Below are positions 11,045 through 19,936 of a DNA stretch of 64,000 bases, piece by piece. The stretch is from a virus (lineage: Duplodnaviria > Caudoviricetes). The notes under the pieces are model-generated. The model did no database searches, had not been told where the DNA came from, and saw nothing but the letters and a program-made list of their open reading frames with translations. Every line of letters begins with the position of its first letter. The first letter of the stretch is position 1. The stretch is taken from IMG/VR virus record IMGVR_UViG_3300028048_003227, positions 48,409-112,408 of that record. The stretch is one strand, 5' to 3'. Position numbers and translations under genes: made by a program.

Positions 11045-11635
11045 GTGGTCATGAAAAATTTTCCGTTTGAACATAATGGCGCGACTTACTGGTATAGTCG
11101 TTCAGTTGCTTGTTCGATGTACGTGTTCGTGTATGATAAATCGAGTAAAAAATGGTATGTATTGGCATCCAAACGAGGAACGGGTTGTCCTTCTAATGTA
11201 GGCAAGTGGAATGTCCCTGGTGGATATCTCGATTTTGATGAATCTCTTGAAGAAGCCGCTGTGCGAGAATGTTTTGAGGAGACTGGGGTGCAAGTAGACG
11301 TATCTAATGTTAAGCTTGCATCAATTTCTACTAATTTATTTTCAAACACACAGAACGTAGTTTGCTCGTTTTATAAAGTTATCCATGTTCCCAATAGATC
11401 TGCTGTAACAAACATGTTTTCGAGGGATCATTGTGAGAAAGATGAAGTAGAAGATATTAAACTATTCAGAGTATCTGAGTTTTATGATAATTGTATGCAA
11501 ATGAAAAGCATATTTGCTTTTGGGCATGATAAAATGATTCGCGAAATATTTGAAAAGAGGATTGATATTCCATTTTGGAAGAGATGGATCATTAATCTTT
11601 CAAACAAATTGACGAAAATAAACATCGATATTTAG
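11045..11635 (+). CDS. NUDIX hydrolase
   Basis: GGYLDFDESLEEAAVRECFEETG Nudix box. Confidence 0.9.
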   Translation: MVMKNFPFEHNGATYWYSRSVACSMYVFVYDKSSKKWYVLASKRGTGCPSNVGKWNVPGGYLDFDESLEEAAVRECFEETGVQVDVSNVKLASISTNLFSNTQNVVCSFYKVIHVPNRSAVTNMFSRDHCEKDEVEDIKLFRVSEFYDNCMQMKSIFAFGHDKMIREIFEKRIDIPFWKRWIINLSNKLTKINIDI

Positions 11636-11639
11636 TAAT

Positions 11640-11936
11640 ATGCTTTTAGGTCATTTAGATTATCAGATAACAAATTTAAAACACCCCCATCTTGGAGAAG
11701 ACGGAGGGTGTGTATACGATGATCTCGGATGGTATGTTTGGATAAGAGAAAATGAGTTATGTGACGAGGTGAAAGACGCATTCGGCTTAAATATCAGCCC
11801 AACTGAAAATCACGAGATCTGTAAAGATTTGGCTTACAAATTATGGTATTTTTTTCAAAATAAACGTAGTTTAATGGGGACTTTTGGCACCGATTACGAT
11901 AGAGATATAAGAGAAATTTATAAAGATGAAAAATGA
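11640..11936 (+). CDS. hypothetical protein
   Basis: ORF. Confidence 0.6.
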   Translation: MLLGHLDYQITNLKHPHLGEDGGCVYDDLGWYVWIRENELCDEVKDAFGLNISPTENHEICKDLAYKLWYFFQNKRSLMGTFGTDYDRDIREIYKDEK

Positions 11937-12079
11937 ACATAGGAATAGGAGAAAAATTTAAAATGAATGGAAAGACCTGGCGGATTGTCGATATTCGAGA
12001 AGGTAAATATATCTGTCAGAATAAGGGTGATGGAAAGATCGAATTAACCAAAGAACAAATCAAAATATACTTTAATTAA

Positions 12080-12697
12080 ATGGATCGGATACATATACAT
12101 CTTGATACTGGAGATAAGTGTTGGTTTACTAGCGATCAACATTTTTGTCACATCAATATAATGATATTTTGTCATCGACCGTGGGATGATATTAATGAAA
12201 TGAATCGAGGGATTACTGACAATTGGAATGAGGTTGTTGGGAATAACGATGTTGTTTTTATATTAGGCGATTTTCATTGGTTGAAGGACCCTGTTGCTAT
12301 TACTAAAAAGATAAAAGAGTTGAAAGGTGGAGTTATTTATATTCTCCCAGGAAATCATGATTCGGTTGATGTGCTCAATAAGATTAAAGATAAAAGAGTG
12401 AAGGTGATCTCTGATACTGCGGTGGTTTTTCTTAGTGGGCTGGATTATGATAAACCATTCAAAGAATACGAATTTATGATTTCTCATTTCCCTCTAGCCA
12501 CTTGGCCTCACTTTAGAAACGGGGTGATTAATCTCCATGGACATATCCATAGTGGACCGAGAGTAAAAAATGAGGTGGATGTCCCTGGTGTAGACTTGTT
12601 CCTTAAACCAAATCTTACATATGATGTGGGAGTAGATAACAACGAATATTATCCAGTTGAGATAAGAGATATATTAAATAAATTAGGAAAGATATGA
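12080..12697 (+). CDS. calcineurin-like metallophosphoesterase
   Basis: SDQH, LGDF, GNHD, HGHIH. Confidence 0.9.
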   Translation: MDRIHIHLDTGDKCWFTSDQHFCHINIMIFCHRPWDDINEMNRGITDNWNEVVGNNDVVFILGDFHWLKDPVAITKKIKELKGGVIYILPGNHDSVDVLNKIKDKRVKVISDTAVVFLSGLDYDKPFKEYEFMISHFPLATWPHFRNGVINLHGHIHSGPRVKNEVDVPGVDLFLKPNLTYDVGVDNNEYYPVEIRDILNKLGKI

Positions 12698-13500
12698 AAA
12701 TTACAAGAGCAGGATTAGCTGTTATTAAAGAGATTTGCAAAAATTGTAAAGACTATTACGATATAGATCTGCACAATTATTCAGTGGATGATCTCGTTGA
12801 TATTATTAAGGACAACTTTGACAATTACTGGAAGAGTATTAAGGAGCATTCATTTTTTGAAGACGCCGTGTTTAATGATTTGAATGAACTATGGGAGTAC
12901 AGTTCTACACTACTTATATATTTCACTAAAGAATTTCTTGATGATTGTATAAGCAATCGGAGCATCTCTATCTCATGGGAGACAGCGGGGGAAGATCTTA
13001 TTGAAGTAAATCCGAAAACACTTGAACATATTAGTATTGAAGAAGATAAAGAGAATAAAAAACAATTAGTAAAAGAAGTTATGGAAGGTATCGAGAAGAA
13101 AAAGAGTCTAAAGGATTTCCTGGATGATTCTAGGTCTTATAAACAGTTTAGAGACAATATAGAAAATATCCTTATGTGGATCGATTGGGAAAAAATTCAT
13201 AAGATAATGAAGGTCCTACGGTGGACCTGGGCAGGATGGACGGATTTTGAAGGAAACGAGCACTATAATTCCATCCCGGACAAGTATGGACTTAAAAAAG
13301 AGGTTCTTCATAGAATCCACGAGATGGAGGAGTGGATTGGTGAACACCCGGACGCTACCGAATATCATTCGGGAACTGCTGGATTCGAGTATGAGATGAC
13401 TGTGTGTGATCCTGAGAACGAGAACGACCCTGATGATTATGACAACCGTGTAAGATTTATTGTAAGATTTGTGGTTGAAGAATTTGATAATGGGATGTAA
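12694..13500 (+). CDS. hypothetical protein
   Basis: ORF. Confidence 0.7.
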   Translation: MKITRAGLAVIKEICKNCKDYYDIDLHNYSVDDLVDIIKDNFDNYWKSIKEHSFFEDAVFNDLNELWEYSSTLLIYFTKEFLDDCISNRSISISWETAGEDLIEVNPKTLEHISIEEDKENKKQLVKEVMEGIEKKKSLKDFLDDSRSYKQFRDNIENILMWIDWEKIHKIMKVLRWTWAGWTDFEGNEHYNSIPDKYGLKKEVLHRIHEMEEWIGEHPDATEYHSGTAGFEYEMTVCDPENENDPDDYDNRVRFIVRFVVEEFDNGM

Positions 13501-13530
13501 ATTTTTTAAGTAGGTTTTGTAATTATAATC

Positions 13531-13794
13531 ATGAAAGATAAAAAATTATATCCTGTATTTCGCGTTGATGTTTGTTTTACATCATACGCCATGGAATATA
13601 AACTCATAGGCGCAAAAAATGTTAAAGATTTGCGACAGCACATTAAAGCCATAGTGTCCGATTACGGACTTGGCGAGGAAGAACTGTCTGACCTTGAAAC
13701 CGGAAAGCGAGATGCAGATAGAATCGTTAAGATGAAACATGTATATACAGATAAACCATACGAAATACTTGATTCATTCTCATATTATGAGTAA
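13531..13794 (+). CDS. hypothetical protein
   Basis: ORF. Confidence 0.6.
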   Translation: MKDKKLYPVFRVDVCFTSYAMEYKLIGAKNVKDLRQHIKAIVSDYGLGEEELSDLETGKRDADRIVKMKHVYTDKPYEILDSFSYYE

Positions 13795-13815
13795 ATTCAA
13801 ACGAATTAAAGAAGC

Positions 13816-14181
13816 ATGGCACAGGAAGAAAAACAACTACTCATTAAAAACCTTCATGCAAGACTGCCTTATGGAGTAATATGTGAACTATCTAATAATA
13901 TAGTCAATATAATAGAAAGACTTGAATTTGGTGGGCTTGAACAATTTATCACCGGAAATATAAACGTCCGACCTTATCTCCGTCCTATATCAAGTATGAC
14001 TGAAGAAGAAGAGGAATGGCGATTTTATAAGGGTAGGGTTGCTGAAAGTTGTGATGAGATGCTTGAGGAGAGAATCGCAGAATTGCATGATTGGTTTAAT
14101 GCACATCACTTTGATTATCATGGTCTCATTAAAAAGGGTTTGGCTCTTGAAGCGCCCGAAGGAATGTATAAAACTGAATAA
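13816..14181 (+). CDS. paralog family B protein (QLLL.DL.ARLPYG...PYLRP.SSMT...GLALEAPEGMY)
   Basis: similar to 29037, 33565, 34717. Confidence 0.75.
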   Translation: MAQEEKQLLIKNLHARLPYGVICELSNNIVNIIERLEFGGLEQFITGNINVRPYLRPISSMTEEEEEWRFYKGRVAESCDEMLEERIAELHDWFNAHHFDYHGLIKKGLALEAPEGMYKTE

Positions 14182-14184
14182 ATT

Positions 14185-14706
14185 ATGGTAAGAGAAGATA
14201 ATATCATTGTTCCTCACTGGTTTCTCGAAGTAGTAGAAAATGCGCTTCGGATTCAGAACGATATCAATCTTGATAAAAAGACTGGAGAAACCTGCCAAGA
14301 CCGAAACATTAGACAATCACTTAATGGAATAAGAAAACTCTTAAACGGAGAAGAATTGACAGGTATGGAGCGGCTTGAAAAGTTGCGACCTTCCCTGCCT
14401 TTCAACCCCGACGAGGCAGCATTAAAGGCATATCCAAAGATGCCGCGATTATCAGAACCTCACGGTGTGATTCCAGCCGACAATGAAACACACTATTTAG
14501 GTGATGCAAATGAAGAAAATAGAAATGCTTTCAAAGCCGGAGCAGAATGGATGGCAGAGCAGGGATATAGTCAAGAAGAAACCGTAGAAGATAAGTGTCT
14601 TGAAGTCGGATATGGCACACTTCCTGGAATATCTCCAATTATCAATTTACCGGATTCATTCAAACCAGGCGAAAAGGTAATTGTTCAAATTCGAAAGAAA
14701 CAGTAA
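14185..14706 (+). CDS. modular protein with FKAGAEWMA.QG module
   Basis: module shared with 26426 and 28029. Confidence 0.7.
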   Translation: MVREDNIIVPHWFLEVVENALRIQNDINLDKKTGETCQDRNIRQSLNGIRKLLNGEELTGMERLEKLRPSLPFNPDEAALKAYPKMPRLSEPHGVIPADNETHYLGDANEENRNAFKAGAEWMAEQGYSQEETVEDKCLEVGYGTLPGISPIINLPDSFKPGEKVIVQIRKKQ

Positions 14707-14708
14707 TC

Positions 14709-14804
14709 ATGACTACATTCAATTTAATAATGGCACTTCTATATACTGCTATCTTGTTCTTTTTTATTGGTATGGTGGTAGCAGATAGAACTCGAAAGAA
14801 ATAG
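14709..14804 (+). CDS. 31-aa single-TM peptide
   Basis: MTTFNLIMALLYTAILFFFIGMVVADRTRKK, read manually. Confidence 0.5.
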   Translation: MTTFNLIMALLYTAILFFFIGMVVADRTRKK

Positions 14805-14811
14805 TAACTAC

Positions 14812-15022
14812 AGGGTGCGATATTGAAAAATGGGTTATAGTAATGCCCTTGCGTGAACCCATGAGTCTAAATTGAAATTGTATAATGGATATTCCGGAGT
14901 AGTTCGTCGGTATCATTTGGGTTTAGAACGTGATTGTTCCCATTATGCTTACTTGCAAGATTTCAACCAGCGACAGACCACGGAGTAATTTCCAAGGAAT
15001 ACACTAACAAGGGACGCACCCT
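14812..15022 (+). ncRNA. unknown structured RNA (about 211 nt, pseudoknotted)
   Basis: agggtgcg/cgcaccct closing stem, nested helices, cccttg/caaggg pseudoknot. Confidence 0.55.
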
Positions 15023-15083
15023 TTTAATAACTAAATAATTTCATTATATTTCGTATATATAAATGAAAAATAAATAATATAAT

Positions 15084-15437
15084 ATGTACATTCCAGATTT
15101 TATTCGTAATGCAAAATCAGGAGATATCCTTGCAACAAAATATGGCAATCTTCTTATGGTCGCCAGAGTAGAAATAGAAGGTAAAGATGTTTGTATTTAT
15201 CATTATTTTGATTGGTGCGAGAAAATTGGCCTTCAAATGAACGAATGGCTCTATGGATTCTATGGCCCAAGATATGATGAGAATGAGAACTTCTATCGTC
15301 CTGCTACTGATGAAGAAAAGGTTTTCTTCCTCGACAAAATGAAGGAGTTTGGATATGAGCTCCGTGAAATGTATGGGGATATGGTGCCCCAACTCACGGC
15401 TGATGGATACAAAAAGTTTTACCCAGCGAAAGCATAA
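15084..15437 (+). CDS. hypothetical protein
   Basis: ORF; R(P/L)AT(D/E)EE motif shared with 26781. Confidence 0.65.
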   Translation: MYIPDFIRNAKSGDILATKYGNLLMVARVEIEGKDVCIYHYFDWCEKIGLQMNEWLYGFYGPRYDENENFYRPATDEEKVFFLDKMKEFGYELREMYGDMVPQLTADGYKKFYPAKA

Positions 15438-15449
15438 AAGATAAATACT

Positions 15450-15590
15450 ATGTGGGAAATAATTAAAAATATCCTCTTATATCTCTACCTCTCTGCATCA
15501 GGACTGTCGTTCATCTGTGTTATAGCAGCGTTGATCTATGTAAGACTGGGTGGAGAATTAGAGATAAAGTACACAAATGAAGAAGAATAA
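15450..15590 (+). CDS. 46-aa single-TM peptide
   Basis: read manually; hydrophobic core. Confidence 0.5.
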   Translation: MWEIIKNILLYLYLSASGLSFICVIAALIYVRLGGELEIKYTNEEE

Positions 15591-15592
15591 GT

Positions 15593-15919
15593 ATGGATGC
15601 TAAAGAATTATTTACATATTGCTGTCAGTATGCGTGTGGTATTCTATCCTATGAAGAATACCATTCTATGGGATTAGATGGTTTTCGTAGTTGGGTGAAG
15701 GAACACATCATCCCTATTCCTAAATCAGAACTAGAAGTGGGAAAAGAGTACTCAGGTATTTGTAGAAATTCAAGTAGAGCAATCTGGAACGGAAAAATAT
15801 TTCAGTATATGAGAAGGAAATTTGGTAGTGAATTTCTTGAAGAAATCAATCATTATGAAGATGATAATGATGATAGCTATGATGTGTTTGTTCCAGTAAA
15901 AGAAATATTTCGTGAATAA
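15593..15919 (+). CDS. hypothetical protein
   Basis: ORF. Confidence 0.65.
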   Translation: MDAKELFTYCCQYACGILSYEEYHSMGLDGFRSWVKEHIIPIPKSELEVGKEYSGICRNSSRAIWNGKIFQYMRRKFGSEFLEEINHYEDDNDDSYDVFVPVKEIFRE

Positions 15920-16002
15920 AGCTATTACATCACATAAGAGAAAAAATAATGTGAGGGTCTTGCTCTTGAAGCAAAAGAAGAAATGTATAAAACTAAATAG
16001 AT

Positions 16003-16209
16003 ATGACTTTTATTTGTAAAGAAGATTTAGTAGAAATGCTTACTAAAGAAATGAATATTGCTCACTCGCTTTCTTATAATAGTGAGGGAATTATAGATAA
16101 TCAGGGCAACTATTTACCAGGTTGTGACTTTCATAGGAGCCTTGCACAAATGGAATACAATACCTTAAAAATTGTTTATGACTTTGTTCAAAATATGAAA
16201 ACAATATGA
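16003..16209 (+). CDS. hypothetical protein
   Basis: ORF. Confidence 0.55.
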   Translation: MTFICKEDLVEMLTKEMNIAHSLSYNSEGIIDNQGNYLPGCDFHRSLAQMEYNTLKIVYDFVQNMKTI

Positions 16210-16640
16210 TTACTGAAGATTACGTCAGTTTTGAAACCGCCAAACTCTTGAAAGAAAAAGGGTTTGATTGGCCGGAATCTCCATTTTATTCAGAGCAAGA
16301 TAGAGATGAGTGGCGGCAGAACAATAGTTACACCGTTCCTAATGAAGAATATAATCCCGAACTTCCTTTTGATTCAGAAACATTGACACTGGTGGCTCCA
16401 CACGTTTCACTTCAAATGGCAATGAAATGGCTGAGAGAAAAACATCATTACAATATTGAGATTGACACCATTGGTCTAAAATACCTCAATACTTTGTCGT
16501 GGAGAAGTGTGATTTATAATCCGGAATATGATATGGAATGCTATTATGAAGACGGTTTTAAGACTTACGAAGAAGCCTGTGAAGCAGCCATTAAGTATTG
16601 TTTAGAGAATTTGGTTTGTGAAAAAGAGATAGAACTATGA
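16206..16640 (+). CDS. paralog family A protein (ITEDYVSFETAKLLKEKGF...YEEACEAAIKYCLENL)
   Basis: 5 copies in window. Confidence 0.8.
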   Translation: MITEDYVSFETAKLLKEKGFDWPESPFYSEQDRDEWRQNNSYTVPNEEYNPELPFDSETLTLVAPHVSLQMAMKWLREKHHYNIEIDTIGLKYLNTLSWRSVIYNPEYDMECYYEDGFKTYEEACEAAIKYCLENLVCEKEIEL

Positions 16641-17029
16641 GCGGAGGTTCGCTTTGTGATTACCAGCAATACCACATTAGGGATATGTGGGAACGGATAC
16701 AAGAAGAAATTGACAATAACAATAAACCATACTATGAGAATCCAGAGGATGATTGGGAAGAACTGGCTAACAAGGATTTCTTTAAAGAAGGTGGTAAGCG
16801 TTATTCCGATGAAACAATAGCGGAGTTCAAGAATGGAGTTGAAATACTAAAGAAAGCATATATCTATGCACAAAGAATAGATCGGTTATTATCTGGAGAT
16901 GATGGAGAAGAGTCATTCCATAAGAGACTTAAAGAAGAATTGCAACAAGTGAACTACCAGGGCAATTCACTATCGGATAAATATATGGAAAAATTAAAGA
17001 ATTTAAGAGAATCGGTTATTTTTAAATAA
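16637..17029 (+). CDS. hypothetical phage protein (MSGGS.. start)
   Basis: ORF. Confidence 0.7.
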   Translation: MSGGSLCDYQQYHIRDMWERIQEEIDNNNKPYYENPEDDWEELANKDFFKEGGKRYSDETIAEFKNGVEILKKAYIYAQRIDRLLSGDDGEESFHKRLKEELQQVNYQGNSLSDKYMEKLKNLRESVIFK

Positions 17030-17151
17030 ATGAGAAAGATATACGCATACAACAACCTCCCCCTCGAAGCCCAATTAAAAGACTTTGAGTAAATTTGTTG
17101 TGTGCACCTTTCAAAGATTTGGTATAACATATGTAACTACGATCTCGGGTG

Positions 17152-17173
17152 CAAAAGCATTCGAGATTTTTTT
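17152..17173 (+). terminator. intrinsic terminator
   Basis: atctcgggtgc-aaaa-gcattcgagat then T-run. Confidence 0.7.
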
Positions 17174-17180
17174 ATTTTTC

Positions 17181-17222
17181 ACTAAATTTTAAAATTTTTT
17201 TGACATATATAATTTGTAAGAG
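17181..17222 (+). promoter_or_regulatory. putative phage promoter ACTAAAT-N17-ATATATAATTTGTAAGAG
   Basis: repeated at 17669-17711; both lie just upstream of RNA genes. Confidence 0.55.
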
Positions 17223-17235
17223 TTATTTGAAATAT

Positions 17236-17363
17236 GAATATGTGAAGCAGATGGGATGTGCTACTAGAGAAAATCAAAACGCTAGGCACCTACTTGAAAA
17301 AGTTTGATAGGGAGTTAAGAGAATGTTATTTAGGCTATGTTGGTTCGAATCCAACCATATTCA
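17236..17363 (+). ncRNA. tRNA-like RNA with 60-nt anticodon-loop expansion
   Basis: GAATATG/CATATTC acceptor, agca/tgct D-stem, gttgg-ttcgaat-ccaac T-arm. Confidence 0.65.
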
Positions 17364-17370
17364 CAAGGAA

Positions 17371-17445
17371 GGTCTCGTGGCGCAACTGGATGAGCGCACC
17401 AGTCTTTTAAACTGGGGGTTATGGGTTCGAGTCCCATCGGGATCA
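17371..17445 (+). tRNA. tRNA-Lys(UUU)
   Basis: cloverleaf, CCAGT-CTTTTAA-ACTGG. Confidence 0.85.
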
Positions 17446-17564
17446 CAAAATAAGTTCGTTGAAATAAAATCAATCCGCCCAGTCGGAAAAGTAAGGTAAA
17501 GTAAAAGATACTTTGTAAAACGTCGATTCGTACGCCTGAAATAAAAAAGTGGTACTTGATTTAT

Positions 17565-17647
17565 GGGGATATGCTGAAACTGGTAGACAGGCATGCTTGA
17601 GGTGCATGTGGGTTAATCCCGTGAGAGTTCGAGTCTCTCTATCCCCA
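17565..17647 (+). tRNA. tRNA-Leu(GAG)
   Basis: CATGC-TTGAGGT-GCATG, long variable arm. Confidence 0.9.
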
Positions 17648-17668
17648 CAAAAAAAACAACAAATTTTT

Positions 17669-17711
17669 ACTAAATCTTTACAACATGTTTAGTATATATA
17701 ATTTGTAAGAG
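17669..17711 (+). promoter_or_regulatory. second copy of ACTAAAT...ATATATAATTTGTAAGAG promoter motif
   Basis: direct repeat of 17181-17222. Confidence 0.55.
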
Positions 17712-17734
17712 AGATCATTAAAATAACGAATTTT

Positions 17735-17808
17735 CCTCTGGTGGCGCAGTTGGTTAGCGCAGGAAGCTTATACCTTCAAGGTCGGTGGTTCAAGTCCATC
17801 CTAGAGGA
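17735..17808 (+). tRNA. tRNA-Ile(UAU)
   Basis: cloverleaf, loop CTTATAC, A73. Confidence 0.8.
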
Positions 17809-17957
17809 CCGGGATAATGATATCTCGAAGTTCTTTGACAAGTTTGGAAAGATATATAATATGAGTTATGATGAACAAATCCTCGGAGGACATGAGTTCC
17901 TCTGTGGTGTACCACAATCGGGTGGTACTTCGCCAGGGCAGTAATGTCTTGGCTTTA

Positions 17958-18111
17958 CGGGATGTAGTTCAGTTGGTAGAATGCCTGGTTTGGTTACAGT
18001 TAACCAATAGCTGAGAAATTGGTGTTCGGATATAATAAAGGAAGATTCATGAGTTCGAATCTCATATATCCGACGACCAGGTGGTCCTCCGTTCGAGTCG
18101 GAGTATCCCGA
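17958..18111 (+). tRNA. tRNA-Pro(UGG) split by 81-nt insert (17994-18074) between positions 36/37
   Basis: joined exons give CCTGG-TTTGGGA-CCAGG with C1-G72, A73. Confidence 0.85.
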
Positions 18112-18149
18112 CTTAATAAATGTCATTTAATATTTTATTATATTTATAT

Positions 18150-19010
18150 ATGATAAATATTTGTAAATATTGTGGCAAAAAATTTGAAACTTCTAACTCA
18201 AAACAAGTTTTCTGCAGTAAAGAGTGTAGTGCAAAATATCAACAACAAAATGCAATAGATAGTGTTAAAAAATATAAAGAGATTCGAATTCAAAAGTATT
18301 ACGAATCTCCAAAGAAATGCAAATATTGCGATTCTATTTTACCGTATGAAGAGAGATCTAAAACATTTTGTAATTCTTCTTGCGCCGCCGCATATAATAA
18401 TTCAAAAAGAATTAGACATTCTTGGAGTGATGAACAGAAAAAGAATTTATCTGAAATAATGATTAATAAACACAAAGATAATTATAATGATAATTCTTCA
18501 AACACCACAACCACACCCAGAAAGAAAATATGTAAGTATTGTGGAAAAGAATTTGTTTCTCATCAATTATCAAGTGGTAAATATTCAAGTTCTAAATTTT
18601 GTTCACATGAATGTAAAAGGTTAAACAATATAGAAGTTGGTAAAAAAGCTATAATCATAAACAAAGAAAAAGGAACGTGGAAGCCTTGGCAAAGTAGAAA
18701 TATTAGTTCTTATCCCGAAAAATTTTTCGAAAAGGTTTTAGATAATAACTTTATATCATATATAAGAGAAAAATACATTGATGGTTATTTTTTAGATTTT
18801 TATATAGAGAAAAACAATAGAGTTATCGATTTGGAAATAGATGGGGATCAACACGAAGAAACACAGGAAAAAGATCGAATAAGAGATGAATATTTAAAAG
18901 ATCAAAATATTGAGGTGTATAGAATTAAATGGAATTCTATTAATTCAAATAAGGGAAAAGAATCTATGAAAAACAAAATAGATGATTTTTTAAGTTTCTA
19001 TAATAAATAA
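18150..19010 (+). CDS. free-standing homing endonuclease (Zn-finger repeats plus Vsr/DUF559-like domain)
   Basis: CxxC...FCSxxC repeats; YFLDF...LEIDGDQH. Confidence 0.8.
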   Translation: MINICKYCGKKFETSNSKQVFCSKECSAKYQQQNAIDSVKKYKEIRIQKYYESPKKCKYCDSILPYEERSKTFCNSSCAAAYNNSKRIRHSWSDEQKKNLSEIMINKHKDNYNDNSSNTTTTPRKKICKYCGKEFVSHQLSSGKYSSSKFCSHECKRLNNIEVGKKAIIINKEKGTWKPWQSRNISSYPEKFFEKVLDNNFISYIREKYIDGYFLDFYIEKNNRVIDLEIDGDQHEETQEKDRIRDEYLKDQNIEVYRIKWNSINSNKGKESMKNKIDDFLSFYNK

Positions 19011-19020
19011 ACTCATATTT

Positions 19021-19712
19021 GGCCTCGTGGTGGAATAGGTAGACACAAGGGACTCGTAAAGCATTGATTTATAATCATTATAATCAATTATGGGTTGCAC
19101 CCTCCGAAAGGAGAGATGTAGAACCTCCCTAATTCGGTGAAAGCTAAGTTTGGATGTACAGGAATGTATCGGATAATCGTCTAAATTAGTTGGTGAATTA
19201 TCAACAGTAGTACATAGTTAACTGATTTTCAGTAATGATAGCAGTCGTTTAGAATCTATGTGTAAGAAGACAGTCCAGATATGCTAATACCGAGCCAATG
19301 TTAAAATTACGAAATAGGTGATGCCGTAGGTGAATAGCTTCAGCCGAAAGTACAACACGCCGACCAACCCCAGCGGGAGTATGTTCGTAACCAATAGACA
19401 GTGTGTAGAGACTATACAGGAGGGACCTAAGTTGAAAGTATAATAATGGCGCGAAATTTAGTTAGTTTGTTAACTGCTAATACCGATTATAGAGATGTAT
19501 ACTCTTCATATCGGTGCTAAAATAAGGTTATTATCTTGCAAGATTTCAATATGGTTAAGAGAGAGTCCAGACCACGAACAATGTTCTCAATAGATTAAAG
19601 AGTTTATTCGCCTACATGGTTCTATTGAATGAAGTTGGTAGCAAAAGCTATAGTGGTACGTAAAATCCCTCGGACAGCAATGTCCGTGCCGGTTCGACTC
19701 CGGCCGGGGCTA
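19021..19712 (+). tRNA. tRNA-Leu(UAA) containing a group I intron
   Basis: exons 19021-19054 and 19661-19712 give AGGGA-CTTAAAA-TCCCT. Confidence 0.88.
19055..19660 (+). mobile_element. group I intron (IC3-like), 606 nt, no ORF
   Basis: 5' exon ends in U, intron ends in G; P/Q/R/S-like AATTCGGTGAAA, AATACCGAGC, GTAGAGACTA, AAGAGAGAGTCC; cctcc/ggagg P3. Confidence 0.88.
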
Positions 19713-19717
19713 CAAAT

Positions 19718-19804
19718 GGGAGTCTTGGTAGCTGGAAAAATCAGCAGACTGTAAATCTGTCGCATACAAATAAGCCTATGGGGGTTCGAGTCCCTCGGCT
19801 CCCA
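19718..19804 (+). tRNA. tRNA-Tyr(GUA), degenerate D-arm
   Basis: GCAGA-CTGTAAA-TCTGT; GGGAGTC/GGCTCCC. Confidence 0.75.
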
Positions 19805-19813
19805 CACTCATAT

Positions 19814-19930
19814 ATCACTTTAGCTCAAGAGTTCGTTATCAAAGACACGTTGGTCTTCGAGACTGACGTTATAAAAGAGCCCCGGATTTTACTGGGAGAT
19901 GTGCCGTGCAACGAGTAGGTACAGGTGATG
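19814..19930 (+). ncRNA. tRNA-like RNA with 50-nt D-loop, 6-nt anticodon loop and 12-nt T-loop
   Basis: all four stems pair but loops are non-canonical. Confidence 0.55.
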
Positions 19931-19936
19931 ATTTAT

